Source: Octopus sinensis | Lineage: Eukaryota | Reading direction: 5' to 3' | Assembly: GCF_006345805.1 (NCBI RefSeq) | Contig: NW_021834488.1 | Location: 1 to 47,716 of the forward strand | DNA: 47,716 nucleotides | Part shown: positions 1-11,384 of the stretch, one piece after another | Position numbering within the stretch: the stretch's first letter is position 1 | Layout: each line of letters begins with the position of its first letter | Program-made: the position numbers and the translations under genes | Notes under the pieces: model-generated | Seen by the model: the letters and a program-made list of their open reading frames with translations, nothing else | The model's database searches: none | What the model was told of the DNA's origin: nothing

Positions 1-96
1 TGTGTGTGTGTATGTGTGTGTATATGTATGTATACACACACATATTTATATATATGTGTTATACTTTATTCAAAAACAGCAGAAATATCACAAAAG

Positions 97-134
97 CTGT
101 TGCTCAGAGTCTCACGTTCCCGTTCGTCGGACAG
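97..134 (-). ncRNA. Degenerate hammerhead-ribozyme-like motif
   Basis: Minus strand reads CUGU-CCGACGA-ACG(ggaa)CGU-GAGA-CUCuGAG-CA-ACAG. Stems I, II and III are present but three core positions deviate from CUGANGA/GAAA/UH. Confidence 0.35.
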
Positions 135-387
135 TTTTGTATTTTACATAAGTTTTTTTATCCTGCCTTTGTTTGTGAATCGGATTGGTAGGATAGAATT
201 TGAGGCAGATTTAGCCAATATGTACTCACTATTTCCAGTTAGTACATAAAGAGTACACTCCCACCCACACCACCACACGCACTCATTAACTCTGAGTTAA
301 CACAAGAAAGTTAGAGAAAATGATATGCATATTAACAAGCGGAGATCTGATCTGGGCTGAAATCTAGTTAATTAAAATGTTGTCCTT

Positions 388-419
<32 letters not shown>

Positions 420-509
420 CATTGTTGTTTTTGTTGTTGTTTAGCCCCGGGTCAGTTCTGATGGAGCTGATGAAGGATCACTCCATCTCATATTGATATC
501 GAAGTCTGT

Positions 510-877
510 CCACAAGGCCTGCAATTTCGGGGAAGGGAATAAGTCGAAGGTATCGACCTGAGTTCGACTGGTACTTAATTTATCGACCCCAAAAGGATGA
601 AAGGCAAAGTTGAACTCGGCGGAATATGAACTCAGAACGTAGCGCCAGACGAAATACTATTTCTTTACTACCCACAAGGGGCTAAACACAGAAAGGACAA
701 ACAAGGACAGACAGACGGATTAAGTCGATTACATCGACCCCAGTGCGTAACAGGTACTTAATTTATCGACCCCGAAAGGATGAAAGGCAAAGTCAAATTT
801 GAACTCAGAACGTAACGGCAGACGAAATACGGCCACGTATTTCGCCGGCGTGCTAACGTTTCTGGCAGCTCACCGCC
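510..877 (-). mobile_element. Two adjacent copies (one partial, one near full length) of tRNA-derived SINE family A (Meta-domain-like)
   Basis: Reverse complement of the element at 2607-2837: tRNA-like head, GACTTTGCCTTTCATCCTTT...GGGGTCGATAAATTAAGTACC central domain, AGCCCCTTGTGGGTAGTAAAGAAA tail. Confidence 0.85.
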
Positions 878-1394
878 TTAAAGTCAATCTCACGTTAAGA
901 TATAGTAGTTTACCTAGGACTACATTAATCGAACGTGTTCCATCTTCGTTATGACATCAAGGTGGAAAGTTTGAAGCGTATCTCACTGATATATTTAACC
1001 AATCGAATAATATGTTAAATGTTTTCTCCATTGGCTCATATTTGAAACGGACTGAAACTACCCCCCGTTATACCTCTCCAACTAAAAGGCAAAATTTCAT
1101 GTTGAAAGCTTTTAGTGGCGTTCATTATCCATCAGTATATTACCACCTACTTCAATGATTTTAATCCATTTTTGGTTCATTGGTTCATTTATTTTCCATA
1201 TTTCACTGTCTTTTCTTTTTTCTTTTTCACTCCGATCAAAATTCGTCTATTTTTCCAAAACCTCTTTCCATTGATCAAAGCAGTTTTTGAGAAGAGTATG
1301 CTTCATTAACGAAGTCTAATAAGACCGGAATATATCTACAGCTGTCATCTTAGTTGATAACAAAGTTCAGATGTTTTCTGCTAAGCAAATTTAA

Positions 1395-1541
1395 TAAACA
1401 ATTGCAGCGTGGAAGGTGTTTATAAGCCATTTAAGAAACACACAAAAACCATTAGATTCACTTCAACATTTAAATTCAATTTGTCAAAATATTTTCGTCG
1501 CTTTGGGACCGCGACCTGTTCACCGACAAAATTCCGTGCTG
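1395..1541 (-). repeat. Short interspersed element with atypical hammerhead-like fold; second copy at 45853-46013
   Basis: Shares AGCACGGAATTTTGTC...GAAAATATTTTG(A/G)CAAATT...AATGTTGAAGTG...AAACACCTTCCA...CTGCAATTGTTT with 45853-46013 in opposite orientation. Confidence 0.7.
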
Positions 1542-1813
1542 GATACTTATCATCATTCATACATGCTTGACTCATATGACATGTATCGCCCAACAAATTT
1601 ATTTGTTTGGGGCAAGCAAAAACACATAAAATCATGAAAGGCCCAAGAGCAAAAAGATCACTTTTTGAAGTAACGTAGGCAAGTATGAGTCAAAAGTTCT
1701 CAACCAATTTAAATATCTTTGAGACTATTAGCAGCGTGGTTTGACAGCTTTTGTATGATTAAATGATACACATACATACACACACACATATATTGATATG
1801 TGTATGTGTGTGT

Positions 1814-1848
<35 letters not shown>

Positions 1849-1960
1849 TTGTTTAAGCGACTCGTGTTTTTTTGTTTATGTACAAGTAATTATATCGTTA
1901 GCTTTAGACTTCGGTATGTGAGAGAAAGACGTTTGGGAAAGTTTGCCTGGAATGTTGATA

Positions 1961-2007
<47 letters not shown>

Positions 2008-2517
2008 CACACACACATACACACATAAATATATATATATGAGGACAGAGAGAATAAGGAGTTTCACATGCATATATGTATAGAGAATGAGATGAGAAAA
2101 ATTCGAGCAAGAGAAAAGAATTATTTGAAAGCAAGATCGACAGGAAAATAATGAACATAAAATAGCTTGTTTAATTAAGATTTATTCAATTATTTGCTCA
2201 TCTTGTTGTTTGTTTGGCTTTGTTATATTTTCGTTTTGCTCGGAGCCTGTTTTTCTTCTTCTGTTTCACGACCGAGTCTTAATGATTACAAATAGTTCCG
2301 CAGCAAAGAATGCAAATATTCGTTGCACATTCATCGCTCTCAAAGTACGAGCATGTTCACATCGCTTCAAAGAACATAGAACAAAAGAAAAAGAATGACC
2401 GCACTTAGGGATGCATCACGTTAAGATTTCCTCTGTTATGTCATGATAAATGTACTTCCCACGGTTCCGCCAAACGCACGACACTCTTGATTATGTGTGT
2501 GTGTGTGTGTGTGTGTG

Positions 2518-2560
<43 letters not shown>

Positions 2561-2606
2561 GTGTGCGTGTGTATGAGTGTGTGTGTATTTATATTCATAT
2601 TTATAA

Positions 2607-2837
2607 GGCGGCAAGCTGGCAGAAACGTTAGCACGCCGGGCGAAATGCGTAGCCGTATTTCGTCTGCTGTTACGTTCTGAGTTCAAATTCCGCCGAGGTC
2701 GACTTTGCGTTTCATCCTTTTAGGGTCGATAAATAAAGTACCAGTTACGCACTGGGGTCGATGTAATCGACTTAAACCGTTTGTCTGTCCTTGTTTGTCC
2801 CCTCTATATTTAGCCCCTTGTGGGTAGTAAAGAAATA
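2607..2837 (+). mobile_element. Full-length tRNA-derived SINE family A (Meta-domain-like) with 16-bp TSD
   Basis: Pol III A/B-box-like head (AGCTGGCAGAA...GAGTTCAAATTCC), central domain, A-rich end. TATATTCATATTTATA is duplicated at 2590-2605 and 2838-2853. Many copies in the window. Confidence 0.9.
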
Positions 2838-2884
2838 TATATTCATATTTATATCTACATTTATATAGCGTATGAAGTTTATGG

Positions 2885-3109
2885 GAGGCGCGTGGCTTAG
2901 TGGTTAGGGTGTCAGCATCATGATCGTAAGATTGTGGTTTCGATTCCTGGACCGGCGGACGACGCGTTGTGTCCTTGAGCAAAACACTTCATTTCACGTT
3001 GCTCCAGTCCACTCAGTCGGCAAAAATGAGTAACGCTGTGATAGGCTGGCGTCACGTCCAGCTGGGGAAGACATACGCCATTGAAACCAGGAAACCGGGC
3101 CCATGAGCC
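2885..3109 (+). mobile_element. tRNA-derived SINE family B (CORE-like)
   Basis: Head GGCGCGTGGCTTAGTGGTTAGGG...GGTTTCGATTCC followed by TGTGTCCTTGAGCAAAACACTTCATTTCAC; near-identical to 11083-11326. Confidence 0.85.
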
Positions 3110-3139
3110 ACCTTGAGCATAATCCTATGATCCAGAAAA

Positions 3140-3399
3140 AGGAAGGAAAAAAGAGTCACTTGCTGTAATGTGTTTTTTGCATGACATTATTGACCGAGGT
3201 TATCGTGGTCTTTTCCGCAGGCTTTTCTTTCCACGGATAAACCTAATCTGTTTCCCTTTTTACATTATGAAATTTCTGTGATACACGATCCCTATTGATC
3301 GAATTTCTAAGCCCCTTTTTTTTCTCTTCACAAATAGAAAAGTTCTACTTTGTATTTTATCCCCATGTGTGTTCAGCCCTGTGTGGCCAATAAAGAAAC
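3140..3399 (+). mobile_element. Probable LINE 3' UTR remnant (L1/Tx1-like)
   Basis: T-rich segment ending CAGCCCTGTGTGGCCAATAAAGAAA, then microsatellite; the end resembles the family A SINE tail. Clade assignment is inference. Confidence 0.4.
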
Positions 3400-3448
3400 G
3401 CATCTATCTATATGTATGCGTATATAAATATATATATAACATACATAT

Positions 3449-3503
<55 letters not shown>

Positions 3504-3627
3504 ACATTATATTATAATGGGTAGATAGATAGATGGGTGGATATATATATATATGCATATACATCATATACATATATAACATATATATTCATACATATAT
3601 GTATATATATATATATATATATACTAC

Positions 3628-3674
<47 letters not shown>

Positions 3675-3742
3675 TCCACCCATCTATCTATCTATCTATT
3701 ATGTTATATTATATTATGATATAATATATATATATATATACA

Positions 3743-3882
3743 CGACGAGCATCTTCCACTTTCCGTCTACCAAATGCACTCACAAGGCTCTGGTCGGCCC
3801 AAGACACTTGCCAAAGTTGTCACGCATTGGGACTGAACCCGGAACAATGTCGTTGGGAAGCAAGCTTCTTACACGCAGCCAC
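3743..3882 (-). mobile_element. SINE family C, 5' part
   Basis: Minus strand GTGGCTGCGTGTAAGAAGCTTGCTTCCC...CCGGGTTCAGTCCC tRNA-like head; matches 26528-26647 and 46921-47034. Confidence 0.8.
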
Positions 3883-4282
3883 GTCTGTGCCTATACGCGC
3901 GCGCGCGCGCGGTGTGTGTGTGTGTATAAGTATATCTCTACATATGTATATACATACAAGCATGCATACATACATGCATACATTTGGACATACAAACAAG
4001 AGAGAAAAAGAGAAAGTGAGTATAATGTACTAAAGTTTAGTCAATCGGTGACGAACTTCGTACTTCATACCCAGTGCAAATTCTGAGTTTCAGATTTCTA
4101 TCGGGTCACCGTCTCGACAATCGTGATAGAGAATATGCAGAAGGGGTGAAACCGAAACCTGAGCTTCAAGTAATTGATTGTATAACGTCATTACTCACAG
4201 GTGTCAGTGCGTTAACGAAACATTTTGTATGTTGATATAGCCAATACACGCAAACACACATACATACACAAACAGTGACATA

Positions 4283-4803
4283 CCGTAAATCTTCGAGTAT
4301 AGTCAGCACTTGAGTATAATACGCAGGAGATTTTTAGGGGGCTGTGCCTCTGAAAAACCTAAATATTGTGTATAATACGCACTCCTTCTCTAACTTGAGT
4401 CGTGCATAATTAAGCCAGCAGCACCTAGTCGAACAAATACTTCAGCGCATGCGTAATACAATAATGGTGATGTTCTTAACTGTTATATGGGAATGTAAAT
4501 ACGCTTGCAAATTGTTTTTGTTACATGTTATTCTGTGTTCTGAATACTTCTATTTAATAAATGTTGTTTACTGCAAGTTATGGATGATTTTTTTATGACT
4601 TCATTGCTTTCAGGCTTATCTTAAGGTATTTTCATGCCCGACATCCCAAAATGTGTCTGAATAAACATTGCCGGACAGCAAATAGAGACTCGGACATTGC
4701 TTAGAAAATATTTTTCATTTTTAACCTCGTATATAGTACGTACTAAGGATTTTGACCACTAAATTTTGGGGAAAAAATGTGGATTATATTCAAGGATTTA
4801 CGG
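4283..4803. mobile_element. Non-autonomous Tc1/mariner-superfamily (pogo/Tc2-type) MITE
   Basis: TA|CCGTAAATCTTCGAGTATA at the left end and TATATTCAAGGATTTACGG|TA at the right: imperfect TIRs with TA TSD and no ORF. Confidence 0.75.
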
Positions 4804-4934
4804 TATGAATATATGAACGCACGTGAATACAAAACGAGAAATTAAAAAGTTACGTCAGCGCAATAGAGGAAACAACAAAGATTAATGTTTTGTCTAAAAG
4901 TAGAGAAAGAGAGAAGGGGTGGAGAGAGAGAATC

Positions 4935-4982
4935 AGACAGACAGACAGACAGACATACAAATAGACAGACAGTTAGACAGAC

Positions 4983-5078
<96 letters not shown>
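4935..5078. repeat. (GACA)n/(GATA)n microsatellite
   Basis: Directly visible tandem tetranucleotide repeat. Confidence 0.95.
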
Positions 5079-5490
5079 CTACTGTGTATATCCCACTTTT
5101 GCTCTATCCAAGATAAAACCATTAAACTATCAATAGCTTTCTCTGCACACCAATAATAAAGCAAGGCGCTGAAATGCAATTCATTAGGCATAGACAATAT
5201 AATTGTATAATTGAGTAGTATTTTGTTAGCATTCAGTGCTGAATAATTACTGCCTCAGACGGGGAAGCGTAATAAAACAGTGATTTTTTTCCATTGTATC
5301 TTCTATTGAATATCTGAGATGACGTTTCTATTAATTTGCTAAGACCTTGAATAAGCGTAGAGACCGTGTCTTTTGCCTCAAAGAAATTAAGCCAGAAACA
5401 ATATACATATACATACACACATACATACATGGAAGCATACATACATACATACATGTATGTATGTACATGCATACATACATACATATATAG

Positions 5491-5747
5491 ACTTGTAATT
5501 ATTGGGGAATTGGGATATATAACACGCTGCTTAAATACCGATCTTGAGGAATTAGACTTCTCAAAACCAGAAAGGAGAAAGCTGATTCAAGGACTACAGA
5601 TCCAATCCATCACTGGAACTGTAAAAATCTGTAAAACTTTCCAGATGTTTATCATTTAAGTATATGTGCGCATGTCTAGACATGTAACTATATACACACG
5701 TAAAATATAACATATAAATATGCACGCGCTCTCTGACTCCGAATACT

Positions 5748-5778
<31 letters not shown>

Positions 5779-5868
5779 CATGCAAAAAGACCTTGCTGAT
5801 GTTGTTGGAATTACAATAAAGGGGCCTCGGGCTAGGATAGAAATGTTCAATTAAAACTGAATAATAAT
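5491..5868 (+). mobile_element. 3' fragment of an RLE-type non-LTR retrotransposon
   Basis: Encodes VIIGELGYITRCL...LQIQSITGTVKICKTF*, resembling the C-terminal IIGALG...LQ...GT motif of RLE LINEs; flanked by (TACA)n. Confidence 0.6.
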
Positions 5869-6018
5869 ATACATACATGTATGTATACACCCTGACTAAG
5901 AATTAGCATTTGTACCTATCTTCATAGGTGCATTACGTTATGTACCAACAAATTTGTACAAAAACCTAGTAAAACTCGGTTTCACGGAAAAAGAACAAAA
6001 GAAACTGACGCAAATTCT

Positions 6019-6058
<40 letters not shown>

Positions 6059-6059
<1 letters not shown>

Positions 6060-6383
6060 ACTCCCTTCGGTCATGAATGACCATGGGATTGCACCTAGAA
6101 AGTTATCCTCCTAGACACAAGTCCGGGCAAGGTTGTTTATGGAAGGCCAGCAGTCGCCCATGCATACCAGCCTCCCCTCTCCACGCCACCAGTGTTATCC
6201 AAGGGAAAAACAAAGTCGATACAGCTTGGCACCAGTGACGTCGCAGCTCATTTCTACAGCTGAGTGAACTGGAGCAACGTGAAATAAAGTGCCTTGCTCT
6301 AGAACACAACACGCAGCCCGGTCGGGATTCGAGCTCACAACCTCACGATCGTAAGCTCGACGCTCTACCACTGAGCCATGCGC
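6059..6383 (-). mobile_element. SINE family B with long alternative 3' tail
   Basis: Reverse complement of 44859-45190; sits in (TA)n. Confidence 0.85.
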
Positions 6384-6416
6384 ATATATATATATATAAT
6401 ATATATATATATATTA

Positions 6417-6771
6417 TGGCAGATGAATTCACCAAAAATTTAGATTCAGATGAATTAAGATGGAATTTAGGACGGTATTATCCATAAAATTTCAAAATAA
6501 GGTGATTAAAATCAAAATAAGCAACAAGGATATCCATACCTTAATGAATAATAATGAATGTTTTTTGTCTATCTCCTTAACTTCTTGGAGATTTTAAGTA
6601 AAATTATATTTATGTGTCCATCTGTTTTGATTTAATTAAATTCTATGTCTTTCTGCAGCTGAGGATTGCTCTACATTTAAATTGATATAATGGTTTCATT
6701 GTGCAATTAAATGGAGTTGAGTGAAACGATCGTACTGCATTACCTCTCGTTATACTCGTTGCTTATTTTGC
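6417..6771. mobile_element. (TA)n-embedded pLTR-like element with internal inversion
   Basis: CAAAATAAGCAAC (6513-6525) is the reverse complement of 6758-6770; contains the hammerhead; (TA)n on both sides. Confidence 0.55.
6654..6739 (+). ncRNA. Hammerhead ribozyme (type I topology, long stem II)
   Basis: UGCAG-CUGAGGA-[imperfect long hairpin]-GAAA-CGAUCG-UA-CUGCA: 5-bp stem I, intact core and palindromic stem III. Confidence 0.75.
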
Positions 6772-6987
6772 TATATATATATATTTGAAAGACGTTCCAG
6801 AACTTGAGTGATGCATCGACAGTTCAACGAAAACACCGACTCAACCATATACTTACAAACACTAGAAATTCCTCAGCTCAAAAAGTCTTGTTGCTTTGTA
6901 AGCGAACCGGCTTGAACTCTCTCAAGAACTTAAATTCACTCCAAAGAAAAAAATACACGTATACGCGTTTTAATGTGTGCATGTTTG

Positions 6988-7030
<43 letters not shown>

Positions 7031-7143
7031 GTAAGATATATAAATATATATATAATATATATATATATACGTATGTATATATTATGTATATATATATATA
7101 CGTATGTATGTATATATATATAATATGTATATATATATATATG

Positions 7144-7174
<31 letters not shown>

Positions 7175-7198
7175 GTATACATAATATATTATATATAT

Positions 7199-7264
<66 letters not shown>

Positions 7265-7457
7265 AATATATATATATATATATATAATAAATATTAGGGA
7301 ATAAATCCAAATTACAGGGAAAAAATCAGTTTAGGATAAATCCAATTTATAGTAAAATATTATAAAATATTATTAGAGACAAAACCACTATTTTGCAAAA
7401 CAAACAAGGAAAGACTTAATCAATACATAAAATTTTAATAAATAGTCAAAAAAACCG

Positions 7458-7498
7458 CCACTACAATGTTTCTTGTCTTATCGACAATCTTCAGGTGG
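7458..7498 (-). ncRNA. Minimal hammerhead ribozyme (left arm)
   Basis: Minus strand CCAC-CUGAAGA-UUGUC(gauaa)GACAA-GAAA-CAUUG-UA-GUGG. Confidence 0.7.
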
Positions 7499-7545
7499 AC
7501 TTCCAATAAGTCAGTTTCATAATTTGAAACTGACTTATTGGAAGT

Positions 7546-7587
7546 CCACCTGAAGATTGTCGTCAAGACAAGAAACAATTGTAGTGG
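7546..7587 (+). ncRNA. Minimal hammerhead ribozyme (right arm)
   Basis: CCAC-CUGAAGA-UUGUC(gucaa)GACAA-GAAA-CAAUUG-UA-GUGG: full core, stems I and II, palindromic stem III; predicted cleavage after 7583. Confidence 0.8.
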
Positions 7588-7879
7588 CGGTTTTTTTTGA
7601 CTATTTATTAAAATTTTTATGTATTGATTAAGTCTTTCCTTGTGTTTTGCAAAATAGTGGTTTTGTCTCTAATAATATTTATATTATATATATATATTTA
7701 TGTATGTATATATATACAAACAAATGTATCCAAGTTAACATGAATGTCTTATTAAAACACCGAATATTAAGTGTGTGTGTGTGTGTGTCTGTTTTATATA
7801 TATAGCAAGAGTTTCATACATACATGGATAAATACCACTTTCAGCTTTAATAACAGAGTGTCATTTGCAATCTGGATTC

Positions 7880-8140
7880 TTGTTGAGAAATTGCTTGTCT
7901 AATCTTCTGAATTGTGAATTGGCCAGTTGCATGACATCAACTCGGATAGCTATTCGTCTCTCCTTCTCTCTCACGTTTGTTGTGTCCCAAACACTAAGCG
8001 CTGCACTAACTACCTCCCGGCAGTCTTTCCTCCCTCGAGCTGTCAATCTTCTGATAACCCCTCCTACTTCAAGTGTAACGCATTGTCGGCGATATAATGA
8101 TTTTGAACCTCAACATAAACCGAATTGATCTGACTTATCT
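7880..8140 (+). mobile_element. Decayed 3' end of a CR1/Jockey-group LINE ORF2
   Basis: Frameshifted peptides CELASCM...QSFLPRAVNLL...NINRIDL resemble the SFxPRxxxLWNxLP C-terminus of these LINEs. Confidence 0.5.
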
Positions 8141-8465
8141 AAACGATCTTGTGAAGATCAATGTCACAATGACCTATCCTCTTGTTTCCAGCTTGTCTTT
8201 CAATGTCCATATTGATTACGTGTTCGTGTGTATTTGTATTTGTTCATGCGTGTCAATGTATGTTGTGTGGGCGTTTGTCTGTGTATGTGTGTTTGTGTGT
8301 GTTTATAGTGTGTGTTTATATGTGTGTGTCTCTTTGTCTTTGTGCCTGTGTGTGTGTGTGTGCAGATGTCCAAAATTAATGCCAAAAATAACAGAGAAGA
8401 GAAAATAAAAACAACGTGCGATTATTTATTTAACACTAAATGAAAGCTTAAGGAAGCCAAAGTTT

Positions 8466-8501
8466 CTTTGACGATTCGCGCTTAAGTTCTTCTTCAGAAA
8501 G
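8466..8501 (-). ncRNA. Degenerate minimal hammerhead
   Basis: Minus strand CUUU-CUGAAGA-A-GAAC(uuaa)GCGC-GAAU-CG-UC-AAAG; stem II and GAAA are mutated. Confidence 0.4.
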
Positions 8502-8816
8502 TTAGACACAGAAGAACAAATAAATGTAAAAGAAAACAGTGACAATAAAGAAAAAATACGTTAATCTCTGTCAAATCATACGCACATAAATATTGCTTGC
8601 CTGGCCTCAAACCCCAAAATTCTGGTGGATTCTCAGGGGAGACATCATAGCAAATGGCGTGTCTTAGTCAGTTCTAGATTAGTCGGTGTTTATCCTACCA
8701 TAGGTAAGACGACAACCGATTTCTTCCAGAAAGAGACAGAGATGGACAGACAGAAAGAGAGTATTGCCACTGATTAAATTTCACCTCGTAAATTCATCTC
8801 ATGCATATTTACAGGG

Positions 8817-9136
8817 GAGGTGCAATGGCCCAGTGGTTAGGGCAGCGGACTCGCGGTCGGAGGATCGCGGTTTCGATTATCAGACTGGGCGTTGTGTGTG
8901 TTTATTGAGCGAAAACACCTAACAGCTCCACGAGGCTCTAGCAAGGGGTGGTGGCGACCCCTATTGTACTCTTTCCCCACAACTTTCTCTTACTCTCTCT
9001 TCCTGTTTCTTGCGTAATGCTGCGAAGGACTGGCGGCTCGTCCAGCTAGAGAGAACACATACGCCACAGAAACCGGGAAAACGGGCCCATGAACCTGGCT
9101 AGGCTTGAAATGGGCGACGTTTATTGTTTTTTTTTA
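8817..9136 (+). mobile_element. SINE family B variant with 12-bp TSD
   Basis: tRNA-like head; ATATTTACAGGG duplicated at 8805-8816 and 9137-9148; similar to 38933-39237. Confidence 0.85.
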
Positions 9137-10040
9137 ATATTTACAGGGTGTAAGACGCGTAGCCTATTGGTTAGGGGGTTAGGGTATTGTACTCACGTTC
9201 CTACGATAGTGGCTTCGATTCTGGGGCAGAACGGTCTATTGTTTTCTTCAGAAAAACACATTGTTTCATGTTGTTCTAATCCATTCAGCTGTGAATGACT
9301 CTCACCATCGACTCAGAAGTTAACCTGGTGACTGACCGGTGTCCTGTTCAGTGGGTTTTAGTATGATGTTAGACACCACGATTCTATGGGAAGCAGATTG
9401 ATCTCCAGCTTTATGAGTCCTAGAACTCACGAAAACCTTTAATTTGTGAGAGTCTATACTCCAAGTACATGTTGCTGATAAGGATCTGAGTTACATAAAC
9501 ATATTAGAAAAGCTATTGAATTACAGTAAGAGATGAAAAATGTCTCCATTCTGTCTCCAAAGTCTCATATTAACAAAAATACCATAGTCAAAAGATTTGT
9601 TACATCCACAAAAGTCATTTCGATCGTAATGAGTGTCATTCAGTCCAGGGCTGAGTTATAAATCTTTCATCAATGAATTAGGGAAACGAAAGAACAAAAT
9701 ATATTGATATATCGAGAAGCAAGTTGTTGATTTTCTTGTGGTTATTATTTTCAAACAATACTTGTCACTTGTCAGACTAGAAGCGAGGAAGACGTTTTTT
9801 GTTGGACATTATTAAGAACTATTTAACCGTTAAACAGGTGAATCGTTATGTTTCAGTCCTCGTTCAATTGATCTTTATAGGATAGGCTAATGAAAAAATG
9901 AATTTATGATACTTTATATGAAGTGCTTGTACACACACATACGACATAGACATATATATATGTATATGTGTGCGTGTGTGTGTGTGTACATATGCATAAC
10001 ATTACATGTCTATACATACTTGTATATATCTTTAACTATA

Positions 10041-10081
<41 letters not shown>

Positions 10082-11082
10082 CGAATTTCTCCTTCAGTTT
10101 CGATGTTTTTTATGGCACCGGTGAGATAACTAGCTGGCGAAAGATTTATCAAACAAAATCATAATTCTCCCATGTAGCCATGTAGCAATATGATCAGAAC
10201 AAACTGCTGACAATATTGCAGATACAGAAATTTGTTCTTACATTGTAACTGTTTTTTCTCCACAGTTTGTTATCTATCCTATGTCTATTCGTTTTTTAAT
10301 AGATATTTGATGGTGATATCCTTTTAAAGTTTTAGGGTATATCTCAGTTGCTTTGTATCAAAGAAATTTGACGACACAATTTCTTCGCATTATATCTGTA
10401 GGTTTCAAATGTATACCCACCCACTCAGGTTTATAAACAAGCTGTATAATTTCACGCTTCTGTGGAACTGATTGAAGACTATTCTCGTTAATTAATTTAT
10501 GAATCAGTATTTAAAACAATTTTAAAGTGATCCTTCTTTCCACGCAATTTCGTTTTCGTAAGTCAGCCGCATGGTACCATCAGTAGTCAAGAGAGATGAG
10601 CCGCAAATGTATATAGCCCATAAATCTTCACATCGTCATATAATGCCTCTAGGTCATCCTATTTGCTGTGATCTGATTCTCAATGGTTATTTGTGCCTAT
10701 CGTGTCCTTTAAGGCACCTAAAAGATGCATTCTTCTGTGATATTTATCGCATTTGATTTATTGTCGAGCTCATCACGTTTCTTAGTTTCAATCATTCAAC
10801 CGTTGAATGTAACTTGACATTTTTATATATCTCGAAGCTTTGGTATTTGATGTCGCTGTTAACCCAAAATGCTGAAGAATATTTTACTGCAATACAAAGA
10901 GTGATTCAATAGCTAACAAGTCGCATGGTATAAAAGCATAAAAAGAGCATTTTATCACGTTTCCTGTTGATTCCGTAATTAACTAAATGCCGATCCTTGG
11001 ATCAAGATGCATTCAAATTCCTTTACTGTTTCCTGTGTGTGTCTGTCTGTAAAATATCGAATGTGTATCATAACCCTACGTA

Positions 11083-11326
11083 GAGGCGCGTGGCTTAGTG
11101 GTTAGGGTGTCAGCATCACGATCGTAAGATTGTGGTTTCGATTCCTGAACCGGGCGACGCGTTGTGTTCTTGAGCAAAACACTTCATTTCACGTTGCTCC
11201 AGTCCACTCAGCTGGCAAAAATGAGTAACAAAAATGGCGTCCCGTCCAGCTGGGGAGTACATACGCCATAGAAACCGGGCCCATGAGTCTGGCTAGGCTT
11301 TAAAAGGGCGCATTTATTTATTTATT
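11083..11326 (+). mobile_element. SINE family B with TSD
   Basis: Matches 2885-3109; (TTTA)n end; TATCAT(A/G)ACCCTA at 11066-11078 and 11327-11339. Confidence 0.9.
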
Positions 11327-11384
11327 TATCATGACCCTATAGTTAAGTAAAAGTCTAATGCGCGTTCTGTATTCTCCTTTTCCG

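Larger units (their letters stand above)
7294..7680. repeat. Asymmetric long inverted repeat (arms 7365-7519 and 7525-7680, loop TAATT) with hammerheads; Penelope-like pLTR remnant
   Basis: About 155-bp near-identical inverted arms, about 70-bp unpaired left extension, flanked by (TA)n. Confidence 0.9.

Noticed and set aside
467-490. CTGATGA hammerhead core candidate
   Set aside because: No downstream GAAA or closing stems.
2683-2982. ORFs ending ...DPKRMKRKVDLGGI (also 13361-13564) and other SINE-spanning ORFs such as 38891-39229 and 43903-44232
   Set aside because: Chance frames across multicopy SINEs.
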